Positions 9,335 to 18,680 of a stretch of 51,374 bases of DNA are shown here, in pieces. The notes under the pieces are model-generated. The model saw only the letters and a list, made by a program, of their open reading frames with translations. It searched no databases and had not been told where the DNA came from. The stretch is taken from assembly GCA_051439425.1 (NCBI GenBank), contig JBFRWD010000032.1, positions 1-51,374 of the forward strand, in the 5' to 3' direction. Source of the DNA: Synechococcus sp. (lineage in GTDB: Bacteria; Cyanobacteriota; Cyanobacteriia; Thermostichales; PCC-7336). Position 1 is the stretch's first letter. Every line of letters starts with the position of its first letter. The translations under genes were made by a program, and so were the position numbers.

Positions 9335-9856
9335 TCAGAATCGATCGAGATGGGTCGTGTCGATATAGGTGTGAGGGCAGGCAGGTGGTTGCTCGTCTCC
9401 GTAGTACTGCAGGTAGGTTTGCCAGTCTTCAAGCTTGGCACGATCTCTGGGATTGGCGCGATCGATCAGCCGCTGTCGTCGGACTGCTGATTCGCAACAT
9501 ACGTAATGGACTTCGACCGGATGTTGCAGGCGATCGCCGATCTCTATGACCCAGCTAGGATTGCGTATCTCTTTGGTAAATGGCCCGGTTATCACCACAT
9601 TGCACCAGGCCAGATTCTCGCGAGCGATATCGAAGAGGGTGTCGTAAATCGGTTGGCGAAATGCCTGCTTGAAGGTCGGACTATCGCGATCGTCGGGGCT
9701 CTGCCCTGCCAACGATAGTCCAGCTCGCACTAGCCGTTCGATGACTGTATCGATATCTAAAAAAGCTGCTGCTTGTGTTTGTGACAGTTGCATTCCGTAC
9801 GTTGTCTTACCGGCTCCCGGACTACCGCACACAATAAATGCTGTGTTTGTATTCAT
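9335..9856 (-). CDS. Small P-loop NTPase/kinase (AAA_33-like)
   Basis: Walker A GSPGAGKTT followed by a D-x-D motif and an RxxxR lid motif (RQRLIDR). Confidence 0.8.
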   Translation of the reverse strand: MNTNTAFIVCGSPGAGKTTYGMQLSQTQAAAFLDIDTVIERLVRAGLSLAGQSPDDRDSPTFKQAFRQPIYDTLFDIARENLAWCNVVITGPFTKEIRNPSWVIEIGDRLQHPVEVHYVCCESAVRRQRLIDRANPRDRAKLEDWQTYLQYYGDEQPPACPHTYIDTTHLDRF

Positions 9857-10127
9857 AACTGTTCAAACAATAATCATCCTTCACTCGACATCATCAACAG
9901 CCGATCGGATCGCAAAGCAATGGCCGATGGTTGTTAGAAGTACCGTTGGACTCCTTCATTGCAGGTCGGAAGACAGTAGATTTTGACCTGTAATATTGCC
10001 AAACTGCGCTCTGCTTTGGCGCTCGCGCTAACTCGTTATTTATCTTAAATATGAGAGAAACAATTAGCCTTAAATCGTCAATGAGGTTTAAGCTGATGGC
10101 CAAAAGATTTAGTTAGGGATCGAGATT

Positions 10128-11420
10128 TTGACTGTTCCATCTCTCAAACAGCCCGCTTTGTTAGCCCTGCTAGCAGGTTTGACCTTCCTTGCTGCTTGTG
10201 GAGGAGATGGAGGACCCTCGCAATCTAGCAGCGAACAGCCGACTGTCTCCATTCTGGGGGTTGTAGTTGGCGAACAACAAGACAAATTAGAAGCAGCACT
10301 GGCCCCGTTTGAAGAAGAAACTGGGATCGATGTGGTGTACGAAGGCACGGATGCCTTTGCGACTGTGTTGCCCGTGCGGGTGGCCGCCAACAATGCGCCC
10401 GACATCGCTATGTTTCCGCAGCCCGGTCTGATGACCGACTTTGCCCGATTCGGAGACCTGGTGCCTCTTACTGAATTCGTCGATCGCGAAGACCTAGCGG
10501 CGACGTTTTCGCAAGATTGGGTCGATCTGGGCAGCGTTGATGGCGATCCCTACGGCATGTGGTATCGCGCCTCAGTCAAAAGCTTGGTGTGGTACAGCCC
10601 CGCAGCATTCGAGAGCGCTGGCTACGAGATTCCCACCAGCTGGGATGAGCTGATTGCCCTATCCGACCAAATCGTTGCTGATGGCAACGTGCCCTGGTGC
10701 GTGGGTATGGAAAGCGGCGATGCCACCGGCTGGGTGGGAACCGACTGGATCGAAGACATCATGCTGCGGACGGCGGGGGCAGACACCTACGATCGCTGGA
10801 TTAGCAACGACCTGCCGTTTGATGCCCCGGAAGTGCAGGCAGCTTTCGAGCAATTTGGCGAGATTGTCCTCAACCCTGACTATGTTGTCGGTGGCAGCGT
10901 GGGAGCGATTTCCACCCCCTTCGGCGATTCTCCCAGTGGCCTCCTGACCGAAACTCCCCAGTGCTATTTGCACAAGCAAGGCAACTTCATCGCCAGCTTC
11001 TTCCCGGAAGGAACTGTTTTGGGCGAAGATCTAGCCATCTTCCCGCTACCTGGGATTGACGAAGAATTTGGCCTCCCCGTTCTGGTGGCTGGTGACGCAT
11101 TTGGAGCCTTCAACAACACGCCCGAAGTGGCTGCCCTGATGGAATACCTCACCACCACTCAACCCCACGAAATTTGGGCCGGTCTCGGTGGTTTCATCTC
11201 CCCCCACAGCCAAATGTCCCTGGAGTTCTATCCCGACGATGTTGCCCGCCAGCAAGCCGAAATCCTTGCGAATGCCGAGACCATCCGCTTCGACGCCTCT
11301 GACATGATGCCCGGAGCCGTCGGCACCGGTTCCTTCTGGGCTGGCGTCACCGATTACGTCGGCGGAGCCCCCCTAGACACTGTGCTCTCGGATATTCAGT
11401 CTAGTTGGCCGCAAGAGTAA
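10128..11420 (+). CDS. ggtB: Glucosylglycerol/alpha-glucoside ABC transporter substrate-binding lipoprotein
   Basis: Lipobox LAAC. AglE/GgtB-type motifs PQPG, KSLVWY, WCVGMESGDATGWVGTDWIED and RFDASDMMP. Operon context supports the call. Confidence 0.85.
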   Translation: MTVPSLKQPALLALLAGLTFLAACGGDGGPSQSSSEQPTVSILGVVVGEQQDKLEAALAPFEEETGIDVVYEGTDAFATVLPVRVAANNAPDIAMFPQPGLMTDFARFGDLVPLTEFVDREDLAATFSQDWVDLGSVDGDPYGMWYRASVKSLVWYSPAAFESAGYEIPTSWDELIALSDQIVADGNVPWCVGMESGDATGWVGTDWIEDIMLRTAGADTYDRWISNDLPFDAPEVQAAFEQFGEIVLNPDYVVGGSVGAISTPFGDSPSGLLTETPQCYLHKQGNFIASFFPEGTVLGEDLAIFPLPGIDEEFGLPVLVAGDAFGAFNNTPEVAALMEYLTTTQPHEIWAGLGGFISPHSQMSLEFYPDDVARQQAEILANAETIRFDASDMMPGAVGTGSFWAGVTDYVGGAPLDTVLSDIQSSWPQE

Positions 11421-11461
11421 TTGTGAGCGATGCGAAGACTGGTTAGTGAGTATTCGTGTGG

Positions 11462-11503
11462 TTTGTCATTGGTCCTTGGTCCTTCGTCATTGGTCCTTCG
11501 TCC
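11462..11503 (+). repeat. Heptamer tandem repeat (STRR2-like), 6 units
   Basis: TTTGTCA TTGGTCC TTGGTCC TTCGTCA TTGGTCC TTCGTCC between ggtB and ggtC. Confidence 0.8.
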
Positions 11504-11530
11504 TTAACGTTGCATCAGCACTAGTGATCA

Positions 11531-12637
11531 ATGACTAATCCCCAATCCCCCATTTCCCTCCCCCCGTCTATGCCCCAATCCCCTCTTACTCGAACCACAA
11601 TTGTGGCCGGCGCGATTGTCTGTGCCAGCCTTTTGGTTCTGGCTATCGTCTTTGGCAATACCTTTCTGGTGGCGCGATTGGTCACGGTTGTCGTGGCGAT
11701 CGCGGCTGGGTCGGGGGGCGTCATTGCGCTGTTCTACGGCTTGAATGCGTTGGTGCAACTGTTGCCCTATCGCTGGCGGCCTCGGGTGTTGCCTTGGGTA
11801 TTTGTTGGGCCAGCGTCGCTGCTGCTAGGGGCTTACTTGGTGTTGCCCGCTCTCCAGACTATTTATCTCAGTTTTCTCGATCGCCCCTCCCGCTCGTTTG
11901 TCGGACTGGACAATTACTGGTTTGTGTTCACCGACCGGGTGATGCTGACGGCATTTCGAAACAACTTGATGTGGTTGGTGCTGGTCACCGGGATCAGTGT
12001 GGCTTTGGGGCTGGTCATTGCCGTTCTGCTCGATCGCGTTAAGTACGAAGCGCTGGCTAAATCCCTGATTTTTTTGCCGATGGCGATCTCGTTTGTGGGG
12101 GCCAGTGTCATTTGGCGGTTTATCTACGCCTTTCGGGCCGAAGGATTCGAGCAAATTGGCTTGCTCAATGCCATTGTCACCAGTCTGGGATTTCAACCGG
12201 TGGGGTGGTTGGTGGAGCGATCGCTGAATAACTTCGCCTTGATCGCCATCATGATTTGGCTGTACACCGGCTTCTGCATGGTGTTGCTGTCGTCCGCTAT
12301 CAAAGGTATCCCGGCTGACTTATTAGAAGCGGCGCGCATTGACGGGGCGAACGAGTTCCAGATTTTCTGGCGAATTATTATTCCTCAGGTGCGATCGACG
12401 GTGGTGGTGGTCTCGACAACCGTGATTATCTTGGTGCTCAAGGTGTTTGACATAGTTTGGGTGATGACCGGCGGCAATCAAGGGACAGAAGTGCTAGCCA
12501 GCCGCATGATCAAAGAGATGTTCAACTTTCGCCATTACGGTCGTGGGAGCGCGATCGCTGTGATTCTCTTCATGCTGGTGCTGCCTGTGATTGTGACCAA
12601 CATTCGTCGCTTTCAACAACAGGAGGCCACCCGCTAA
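11531..12637 (+). CDS. ggtC: Sugar ABC transporter permease
   Basis: Multiple TM segments, LPMAISFVGASVIWRF and the EAA loop LLEAARIDGA. Confidence 0.85.
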   Translation: MTNPQSPISLPPSMPQSPLTRTTIVAGAIVCASLLVLAIVFGNTFLVARLVTVVVAIAAGSGGVIALFYGLNALVQLLPYRWRPRVLPWVFVGPASLLLGAYLVLPALQTIYLSFLDRPSRSFVGLDNYWFVFTDRVMLTAFRNNLMWLVLVTGISVALGLVIAVLLDRVKYEALAKSLIFLPMAISFVGASVIWRFIYAFRAEGFEQIGLLNAIVTSLGFQPVGWLVERSLNNFALIAIMIWLYTGFCMVLLSSAIKGIPADLLEAARIDGANEFQIFWRIIIPQVRSTVVVVSTTVIILVLKVFDIVWVMTGGNQGTEVLASRMIKEMFNFRHYGRGSAIAVILFMLVLPVIVTNIRRFQQQEATR

Positions 12638-13536
12638 TGGTTACCACTCCTTCTTCGGGGGCTTCTCCATCTTCGCTAAAGCTAAGACTGCAGAAATTAC
12701 TGTCCAGACTGCCGCTCCATGCCGCCATCATTGTCATTTGTGTGGTCTGGAGTTTGCCGACGACTGGCTTGCTGATTAGCTCATTTCGGAATGAGGACGT
12801 CTTGCTCGATTCCGGCTGGTGGACGGTGTTTCAACTGCCGCTCGACTTCGCCCAATTCACCTGGGAGAACTACATTCAGGTGGCTAACAGCGAAGGGATG
12901 GGACAGGCCTTTTTGAATAGCTTGACGATTTCCATTCCCGCCACCGTCATTCCCATTGCCATTGCGACGTTTGCTGCCTATGCGTTGGCTTGGATGAATT
13001 TTCCCGGACGACAGGTGTTGTTCGCGATTGTCATTGGCCTGTTGGTTGTGCCGCTGCAAATGACCCTGATTCCCGTATTGAGAGCGTACGGGGCTCTGGG
13101 ATTATCCGGATCGTTTCTGGGCATTTGGTTGGCACATACCGGTTACGGCTTACCGCTGGGGATTTACCTGATGCGCAATTACATCGGCGCGCTGCCTAGC
13201 GAACTGATTGAAGCGGCCTCGGTAGACGGGGCATCCCATTGGAAGATCTTTACGCGTTTGGTGGTGCCGCTGTCGGTACCGGCGATCGCTTCTTTTGCCG
13301 TGTTCCAGTTTTTGTGGGTGTGGAACGACCTGCTCGTGGCGTTGGTCTATCTTGGGGGGACGGATGCTGTGGCTCCAGTCACGCTGCAACTGAGCAATAT
13401 TGTGGGCTCGCGCGGCCAAGACTGGCATCTCCTGACGGCTGGCGCGTTTACCAGCATGGTGGTGCCGTTGGGGGTATTTTTTAGCCTGCAGCGGTTCTTT
13501 GTTCGAGGTATTTTGGCTGGGTCTGTAAAAGGATGA
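12637..13536 (+). CDS. ggtD: Sugar ABC transporter permease
   Basis: ATG overlaps the ggtC stop (TAATG). EAA loop IEAASVDGA and FQFLWVWNDLLVAL. Confidence 0.85.
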   Translation: MVTTPSSGASPSSLKLRLQKLLSRLPLHAAIIVICVVWSLPTTGLLISSFRNEDVLLDSGWWTVFQLPLDFAQFTWENYIQVANSEGMGQAFLNSLTISIPATVIPIAIATFAAYALAWMNFPGRQVLFAIVIGLLVVPLQMTLIPVLRAYGALGLSGSFLGIWLAHTGYGLPLGIYLMRNYIGALPSELIEAASVDGASHWKIFTRLVVPLSVPAIASFAVFQFLWVWNDLLVALVYLGGTDAVAPVTLQLSNIVGSRGQDWHLLTAGAFTSMVVPLGVFFSLQRFFVRGILAGSVKG

Positions 13537-13667
13537 TGGGTGAGGGACGGATGCGCTTCCACCAGGCTGACTGCAGAGTTATTCCCAAGCAATGGTGCTC
13601 ATCGCAGCCAGCCTAAAACATCTAACAACAAGTACACAGCGATCGATTGCAAGAGGAAGCACGGATT

Positions 13668-14795
13668 ATGGCCAAAGTAGTGTTCGATCGCGTTTGCAAA
13701 CGATACGGTAGTGTGACGGCTGTCAGTAATCTCAGCATCGAAATTGAAGATCGAGAGTTTTTGGTGTTTGTGGGGCCCTCCGGGTGCGGTAAGACTACAT
13801 CGCTGCGCATGCTGGCGGGGTTGGAAGATGTCAGCGATGGGGATATTTGGATTGGCGATCGGCGGGTCAACGATGTGCCCTCGAAAGACCGCGATATTGC
13901 GATGGTGTTTCAGTCCTATGCTCTCTATCCCCACATGACGGTGTACGACAATATGGCCTTTAGCCTATCGTTGCGGGGCATGCCCAAGGCAGATATCCGT
14001 CAGCGAGTGGTCGCTGCTGCGGAGCAAATGGGAATTGAATCGCTGTTGCATCGCAAGCCCAAGCAATTGTCGGGAGGGCAACGGCAGCGGGTGGCAGTTT
14101 GTCGGGCGATGGTGCGCAATCCGGCGGTGTTTTTGATGGACGAGCCGCTGTCGAATCTGGATGCCAAGCTGCGGGTTCAGGCCAGAGCCGAGATTAGCAA
14201 GCTGCATCAGAAGTTAGAGACGACATTTATTTACGTCACCCACGACCAAGTGGAAGCGATGACGATGGGGACTCGGATTGCGGTGCTGAAAGATGGAGTG
14301 TTGCAGCAAATCGATACCCCCACAAACCTCTATAACCACCCGGTCAATACTTTTGTGGCTGGGTTTATCGGCAGCCCGTCGATGAATATGTTTGAAGCGA
14401 AGTTAGTTGATCGAGATGGTGCGCTGTTTTTAAAAACGGATGCCTTTGAACTAAAGCTGCCCGATCGACAGGCTCGCCAGTACCGTCAATATCGAAATCG
14501 CCCCGTCCTAGTTGGTCTCCGTCCCGAAAATATTCACGATCCTCAATATGCCGCTCCCGGCATTACCCCCGAATCGGTGACGGCCACAGTGACGGTAACC
14601 GAGCTGATGGGGAACGAGTCGATTGTGCATTTAGCGCAGCCGAACGGGAATGAGTTTGTGGCCCGTGTCGATCCGCGATCGGCGATGAAGGTCGGTGAAT
14701 CGGTTACCCTCTGGTTCGATATGGATCGCCTGCACCTGTTCGCTCCTGAAACCCAGACAGCCCTCGAAACAGAGACAGCAATGCAATACACCTAA
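13668..14795 (+). CDS. ggtA: MalK/UgpC-type sugar ABC transporter ATPase
   Basis: Walker A GPSGCGKT, LSGGQRQR, DEPLSNLD, HDQVEA and a C-terminal TOBE-like domain; follows ggtBCD. Confidence 0.85.
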   Translation: MAKVVFDRVCKRYGSVTAVSNLSIEIEDREFLVFVGPSGCGKTTSLRMLAGLEDVSDGDIWIGDRRVNDVPSKDRDIAMVFQSYALYPHMTVYDNMAFSLSLRGMPKADIRQRVVAAAEQMGIESLLHRKPKQLSGGQRQRVAVCRAMVRNPAVFLMDEPLSNLDAKLRVQARAEISKLHQKLETTFIYVTHDQVEAMTMGTRIAVLKDGVLQQIDTPTNLYNHPVNTFVAGFIGSPSMNMFEAKLVDRDGALFLKTDAFELKLPDRQARQYRQYRNRPVLVGLRPENIHDPQYAAPGITPESVTATVTVTELMGNESIVHLAQPNGNEFVARVDPRSAMKVGESVTLWFDMDRLHLFAPETQTALETETAMQYT

Positions 14796-14891
14796 TAATT
14801 AGGTTTCTTTGCAACAAAATGATGAATGACAAAAGCCTTTCTCTGCTCTTCGCTTTTTATGGAATAATTCCAAAGCGTTGAGAGACGAGTT

Positions 14892-15125
14892 TGTTCTGTG
14901 CAAAAATGTCTCCGCGAGTAACGCCATCCATTTCCCTTTGCGAATCATGTGGATGGTTTCATGTCCCCTGATTGTTCGTTGAGAATTCCAAACGTTCTTA
15001 AAATTCTGACTGGCGTTTTCTTTCGAACAAGTCGGCGATCCTGATCTTCCATGTTGTTGAGGTATTTCAGAGGACGATGCTGATAGATTTCTGGTAGTTC
15101 ACCTGACTGTTTCAGCCTTGGATCG
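14892..15125 (-). mobile_element. IS6-family transposase C-terminal remnant
   Basis: LKQSGELPEIYQHRPLKYLNNMEDQDRR resembles KYLNNxxEQDHR; a shifted frame gives RTIRGHETIHMIRKG. GTTCTGTGCAAAAA near 14893 resembles an IS6 inverted repeat. Confidence 0.75.
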
Positions 15126-15180
15126 CTTTGACAATGCCTCCAAACCGATCTGTATTGATAAATCTTGAAAAAGTTTAGTA

Positions 15181-16377
15181 TTAGGAAGCAAGAGCAAAAT
15201 AAAATAGGCAACTTAAACCGGATAGCGCGAACAAAAAAGGTATAAGACTAGCCAGGTGGGACGATCGAGGGGCTATAGTCTGGCTCAAGAGCAGCAAGCA
15301 ATAGGCGATTAAAAATACACGGTTATAGTCCAAGTAGTAGCCTAATACCACCAATGAACAAACGCTAAATAGTCCGATAGTTAAGAAGCTTGAAATCGCA
15401 ACTCCACGTAATTCAGGAATGTGATTTCTATAGCACGCCCACAATAAAAACAGACAGATGAAAACTGATAACAAAATTCCAAATGACATCCATTCGTATA
15501 CTATTTTGGGAGCAATTTTATTGACTAATGCAAGCTGTAGTTTTTGAATGATTCCAAAAAATGGAATATCAAAGTTGTTGTTTAATGCAACGTCAGCATT
15601 CTTTTGCAAATCTGTTCTAATAGAAGTGTAGGCTATCCAACTGATAGGAAAAATCCCACCTATCACTAAACTTTTCAATTGTTGGCGATGGGCATCTAAA
15701 CTACTGGCGATAATTAAAGCTCCCCAGTACAGCATCGAAGTTTCGCGAGTTAAACAAGCCAATGTAATGAGGGTTGTGGAAAGAATTGGCTTACGTTTGT
15801 AGTAATAGAGGGCAGCAATCACCATACAAGCGGCTAACAAACCTGCCGTTGAAAGCACTATGCAAAACCACAGACCAGGAATACACAACACCATGAGAGG
15901 AATCCAGTTAGGTCCTACCCAACCTTGCTCCTGTTTTTGGCGACGAAAAAAGAGAGCTGTAACCCTTACTAGTCCAATGGCGGCCAAAACGTTTAGGGCA
16001 ACCATTGCATAGGGAATAAACTCACGATTTCCCCCTGCCAATGCATATCCAAGCAGTGGGTAAAGAATTCTACGATATCTGTATGACGGTACATCTAAAG
16101 CACCAAGCGTACCTGAATGTTGTAGAAATGGATCGAATGCTACTGTCAAAAATTGTTGACCATCATGACCGACCTCACCGACAAAAATTTTTGCATTTTC
16201 TAAATCGAGAAATGGCGAATGAGGGAACTCTGAACCGATGCGGAAAAAGCCTGTAATGTTATCATCAAACTTGAGGTGGTAGTAGCAGGAGATAACTGCA
16301 ATGATTCCTAAACAAGCTACTCCTGTCCAAAAATTAAGGTTGCGGTTCCAACGATCGTGTTGATTGAAATGCAGCAT
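15181..16377 (-). CDS. Multi-TM GT-C-like membrane protein (AZOBR_p60025-like cell-surface glycopolymer family)
   Basis: HDGQQFLTVAFDP...D.PSYRYRRILYPLL motif, LTRET motif and many TM helices; AT-rich. Confidence 0.7.
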   Translation of the reverse strand: MLHFNQHDRWNRNLNFWTGVACLGIIAVISCYYHLKFDDNITGFFRIGSEFPHSPFLDLENAKIFVGEVGHDGQQFLTVAFDPFLQHSGTLGALDVPSYRYRRILYPLLGYALAGGNREFIPYAMVALNVLAAIGLVRVTALFFRRQKQEQGWVGPNWIPLMVLCIPGLWFCIVLSTAGLLAACMVIAALYYYKRKPILSTTLITLACLTRETSMLYWGALIIASSLDAHRQQLKSLVIGGIFPISWIAYTSIRTDLQKNADVALNNNFDIPFFGIIQKLQLALVNKIAPKIVYEWMSFGILLSVFICLFLLWACYRNHIPELRGVAISSFLTIGLFSVCSLVVLGYYLDYNRVFLIAYCLLLLSQTIAPRSSHLASLIPFLFALSGLSCLFYFALAS

Positions 16378-16426
16378 ATTAACTGCTACCCCTTAGATGT
16401 ATTAGACGAAGAAGCGTGCTGTGAGT

Positions 16427-17185
16427 TTACAGGATTTGTTTTGATTGAGGGAGGTATCTTTTATCGAGGTTGGGCTTAATAAAGCTTTCTAAGGGACAGA
16501 AATAGTTGTAGTTGATAAGGTGCCATAAAGCCGCAACACCATCCTTCCAGGTGATTTTTTTGCCAGCAGAATAATTTCTGGGGTAGTAAGAGATAGGTAA
16601 CTCAAACACCCTCACATTTAATTTGGCAATCTTGGCAGTAATCTCAGGTTCAAATCCAAACCGCCTTGAGCTGAGTTGAATTCCTTGAATTAAATCGGCC
16701 TTAAAAAATTTGTAACAGGTTTCCATATCAGTCAAGTACAGTCCTGACATTAGATTGCTGAGCATTGTTAAAAAGCGGTTAACCAAATAGTGATATGTGC
16801 GATGTACCTGCATGTTCGACTTCTTGTATCGAGAGCCATACACTACATCTGCCAGCTGAGAAACTAAGGGCTTCACTAGCTCCTCGATTTCGTTCGGATT
16901 GTATTCAAAGTCTGCATCCTGAACGCCAATGATATCTCCAGTTGCTCGCTCGAACCCCAGCTGGATGGCACTTCCCTTGCCCAGATTCTCTGGTTGATGA
17001 ATGACTATTACTTCTTTCGATTTGAAGGTGTAGCCTTCAAGGACATCTCCAGAACTGTCTGTGGAACAGTCATTAATGAAGATAAGCTCTTTATCAACTG
17101 AAAAGCTGAGGATATCGATTCGAGCTAAAAATTGGGTCAGATGTGCGGCTTCGTTATATACCGGTATCACTATACTGATTTTCAT
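16427..17185 (-). CDS. Glycosyltransferase family 2 (DPM1-like polyprenyl-phosphate sugar synthase)
   Basis: IPVYNE, NDCSTD, GKGSA, QDADFEY, DMETCYK and FGFEPE motifs. Confidence 0.9.
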   Translation of the reverse strand: MKISIVIPVYNEAAHLTQFLARIDILSFSVDKELIFINDCSTDSSGDVLEGYTFKSKEVIVIHQPENLGKGSAIQLGFERATGDIIGVQDADFEYNPNEIEELVKPLVSQLADVVYGSRYKKSNMQVHRTYHYLVNRFLTMLSNLMSGLYLTDMETCYKFFKADLIQGIQLSSRRFGFEPEITAKIAKLNVRVFELPISYYPRNYSAGKKITWKDGVAALWHLINYNYFCPLESFIKPNLDKRYLPQSKQIL

Positions 17186-17282
17186 AAGGACGTCTTTTCC
17201 ATGAGCCTAAGCTTACTGAATTCTATTGAAAAGCAAATGGGCTGAAGATGAGATAGGTTTATCTTCCAAAGTCCAGCTAGAA

Positions 17283-17398
17283 GGGATCTGTCACATGAAG
17301 CGAACCGCATCGCGGGATGGAAGAACAAGGAGATGGATACGCAACCTGTTTCCTCGTCTTGATGACGCTTTCCAGTCGTAGTCGCTAGCTATGCTATC
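17283..17398 (+). mobile_element. IS6-family transposase N-terminal remnant
   Basis: AAGGAG-ATG at 17333 gives MDTQPVSSS**RFPVVVASYAI, colinear with the remnant at 46137 (MNNRPVSYSRHRFPAVVIS). Confidence 0.6.
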
Positions 17399-17859
17399 TT
17401 CCTCTACTATCCTTTCTGTTTGAGCTACCGAGATTAGGGAAGAACTTCTAGCTCTGAGAGACCTTGAGGCTGGCTATGAGTCTATCTTTCGCCGGTGACC
17501 TTAAATTCGACCAATCTTATGTCAATCAGCTAAAACGTTGCTTTGCTCGAGCAGGGGAAAATTGGCAGCCATGTGGATTTTTCAAGATATCCCCCCAAAC
17601 AAAAGATGCTTTGAAAAGAGAAGCAACCTTTCATTACTCAAGAAAGGCCTCGATTCCTTTCTTGAGTTCTCCTTGACTATCAGCTACTTGTGGTCACAGT
17701 CGTAACAGCGCCACGAGTTTCCAATTTGTTATGGAGAGACTGTCCTTCATGCATCTAGACGTAGTTAGTTGCTCCACTCCCAGCCATTGGTTCGGATTCA
17801 CAGAAACTCGATTCGTCAATGATTGCTCCATGAAAGTCCATAAGGTCCTCTCGCCACCC

Positions 17860-18235
17860 TGCTTGACTGACAAAAGAGTCAAATAGTGGTAGCTGAATCC
17901 TGTGCTATGTGAACCTTCCAGGCGTCGAGCGAAGGTCAGGAATTGACGAAGAGGTGGGGAGCCAGCACTCTCGACAAGAAAACACTCAAGACAAAAATGC
18001 CGCAAAAAACTCCCCCCTCGACAATGCGTTGCAAGGCTGGTTGGGGCAAGCCTGCCCTTGGATCCATCAAGCTCATCTGACCACTTGCTTGTGGATGGTA
18101 GTGGCCCTCATCCAAACAGGTGAAAGCAACCTCACCCGCTGGCTGCCTTACCGTCCCTGCCGATGTCAATTCGCCCAAAGCAAACAAAGACGAATCAGCC
18201 GCTGGCTTCATAACCCCCGCATCAACATCCACCGA
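17860..18235 (+). mobile_element. IS4-family transposase N-terminal fragment (truncated)
   Basis: WLGQACPWIHQAHLTTCLWMVVALIQTGESNLTRWLPY...AQSKQRRISRWLHNPRINIHR resembles cyanobacterial IS4-type N-termini. It ends at a MITE right-end sequence, has no DDE domain, and the left boundary is approximate. Confidence 0.7.
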
Positions 18236-18680
18236 ACAGCGGATTGCCATAACATCGCACACTTCTCAATTGAGTAGTGTGCGATGAGGTTTAGACGCTA
18301 CCTCTCAAAAAAACGAGAAATTTGGAATCCAATTGACGGTCTTGCCTGTACTTCATTCAGAGGAGCAGGTCAGACCTCAGACCTCATCCTTCTACAAATC
18401 GGTTATTTCGCCTGAAAAGGAAACATAAATCCTTGCCTATCCCTCAACAGATTGTTTGACGGAATTCACGCGTTTCGCTTTGAGAAGGAGAACACCATGA
18501 CCATTTCATTTGGCAATCCACTAGTCACTAACGACTGTGTTGCAACCAGACCACTCTTCCTGAACCTTTTCTCTCATTAAAAATTTTTGCAAAAGTCGTC
18601 CTATTTCCCATTAGGAAGGTTTAATCGCGCGATTTTTTTGAGAGCATTTCAGTCCTCTAGAAACAAAAAGGAGTTCCACA

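Noticed and set aside
11462..11503. Short repeats here, at 34716-34812 and in the RTX genes as a CRISPR array
   Set aside because: They are heptamer tandems or coding repeats with no unique spacers, and no cas genes are present.
17400..17860. Short ORFs 17464-17676 and 17694-18005 as genes
   Set aside because: No recognisable motifs; they lie in decayed mobile-element debris.
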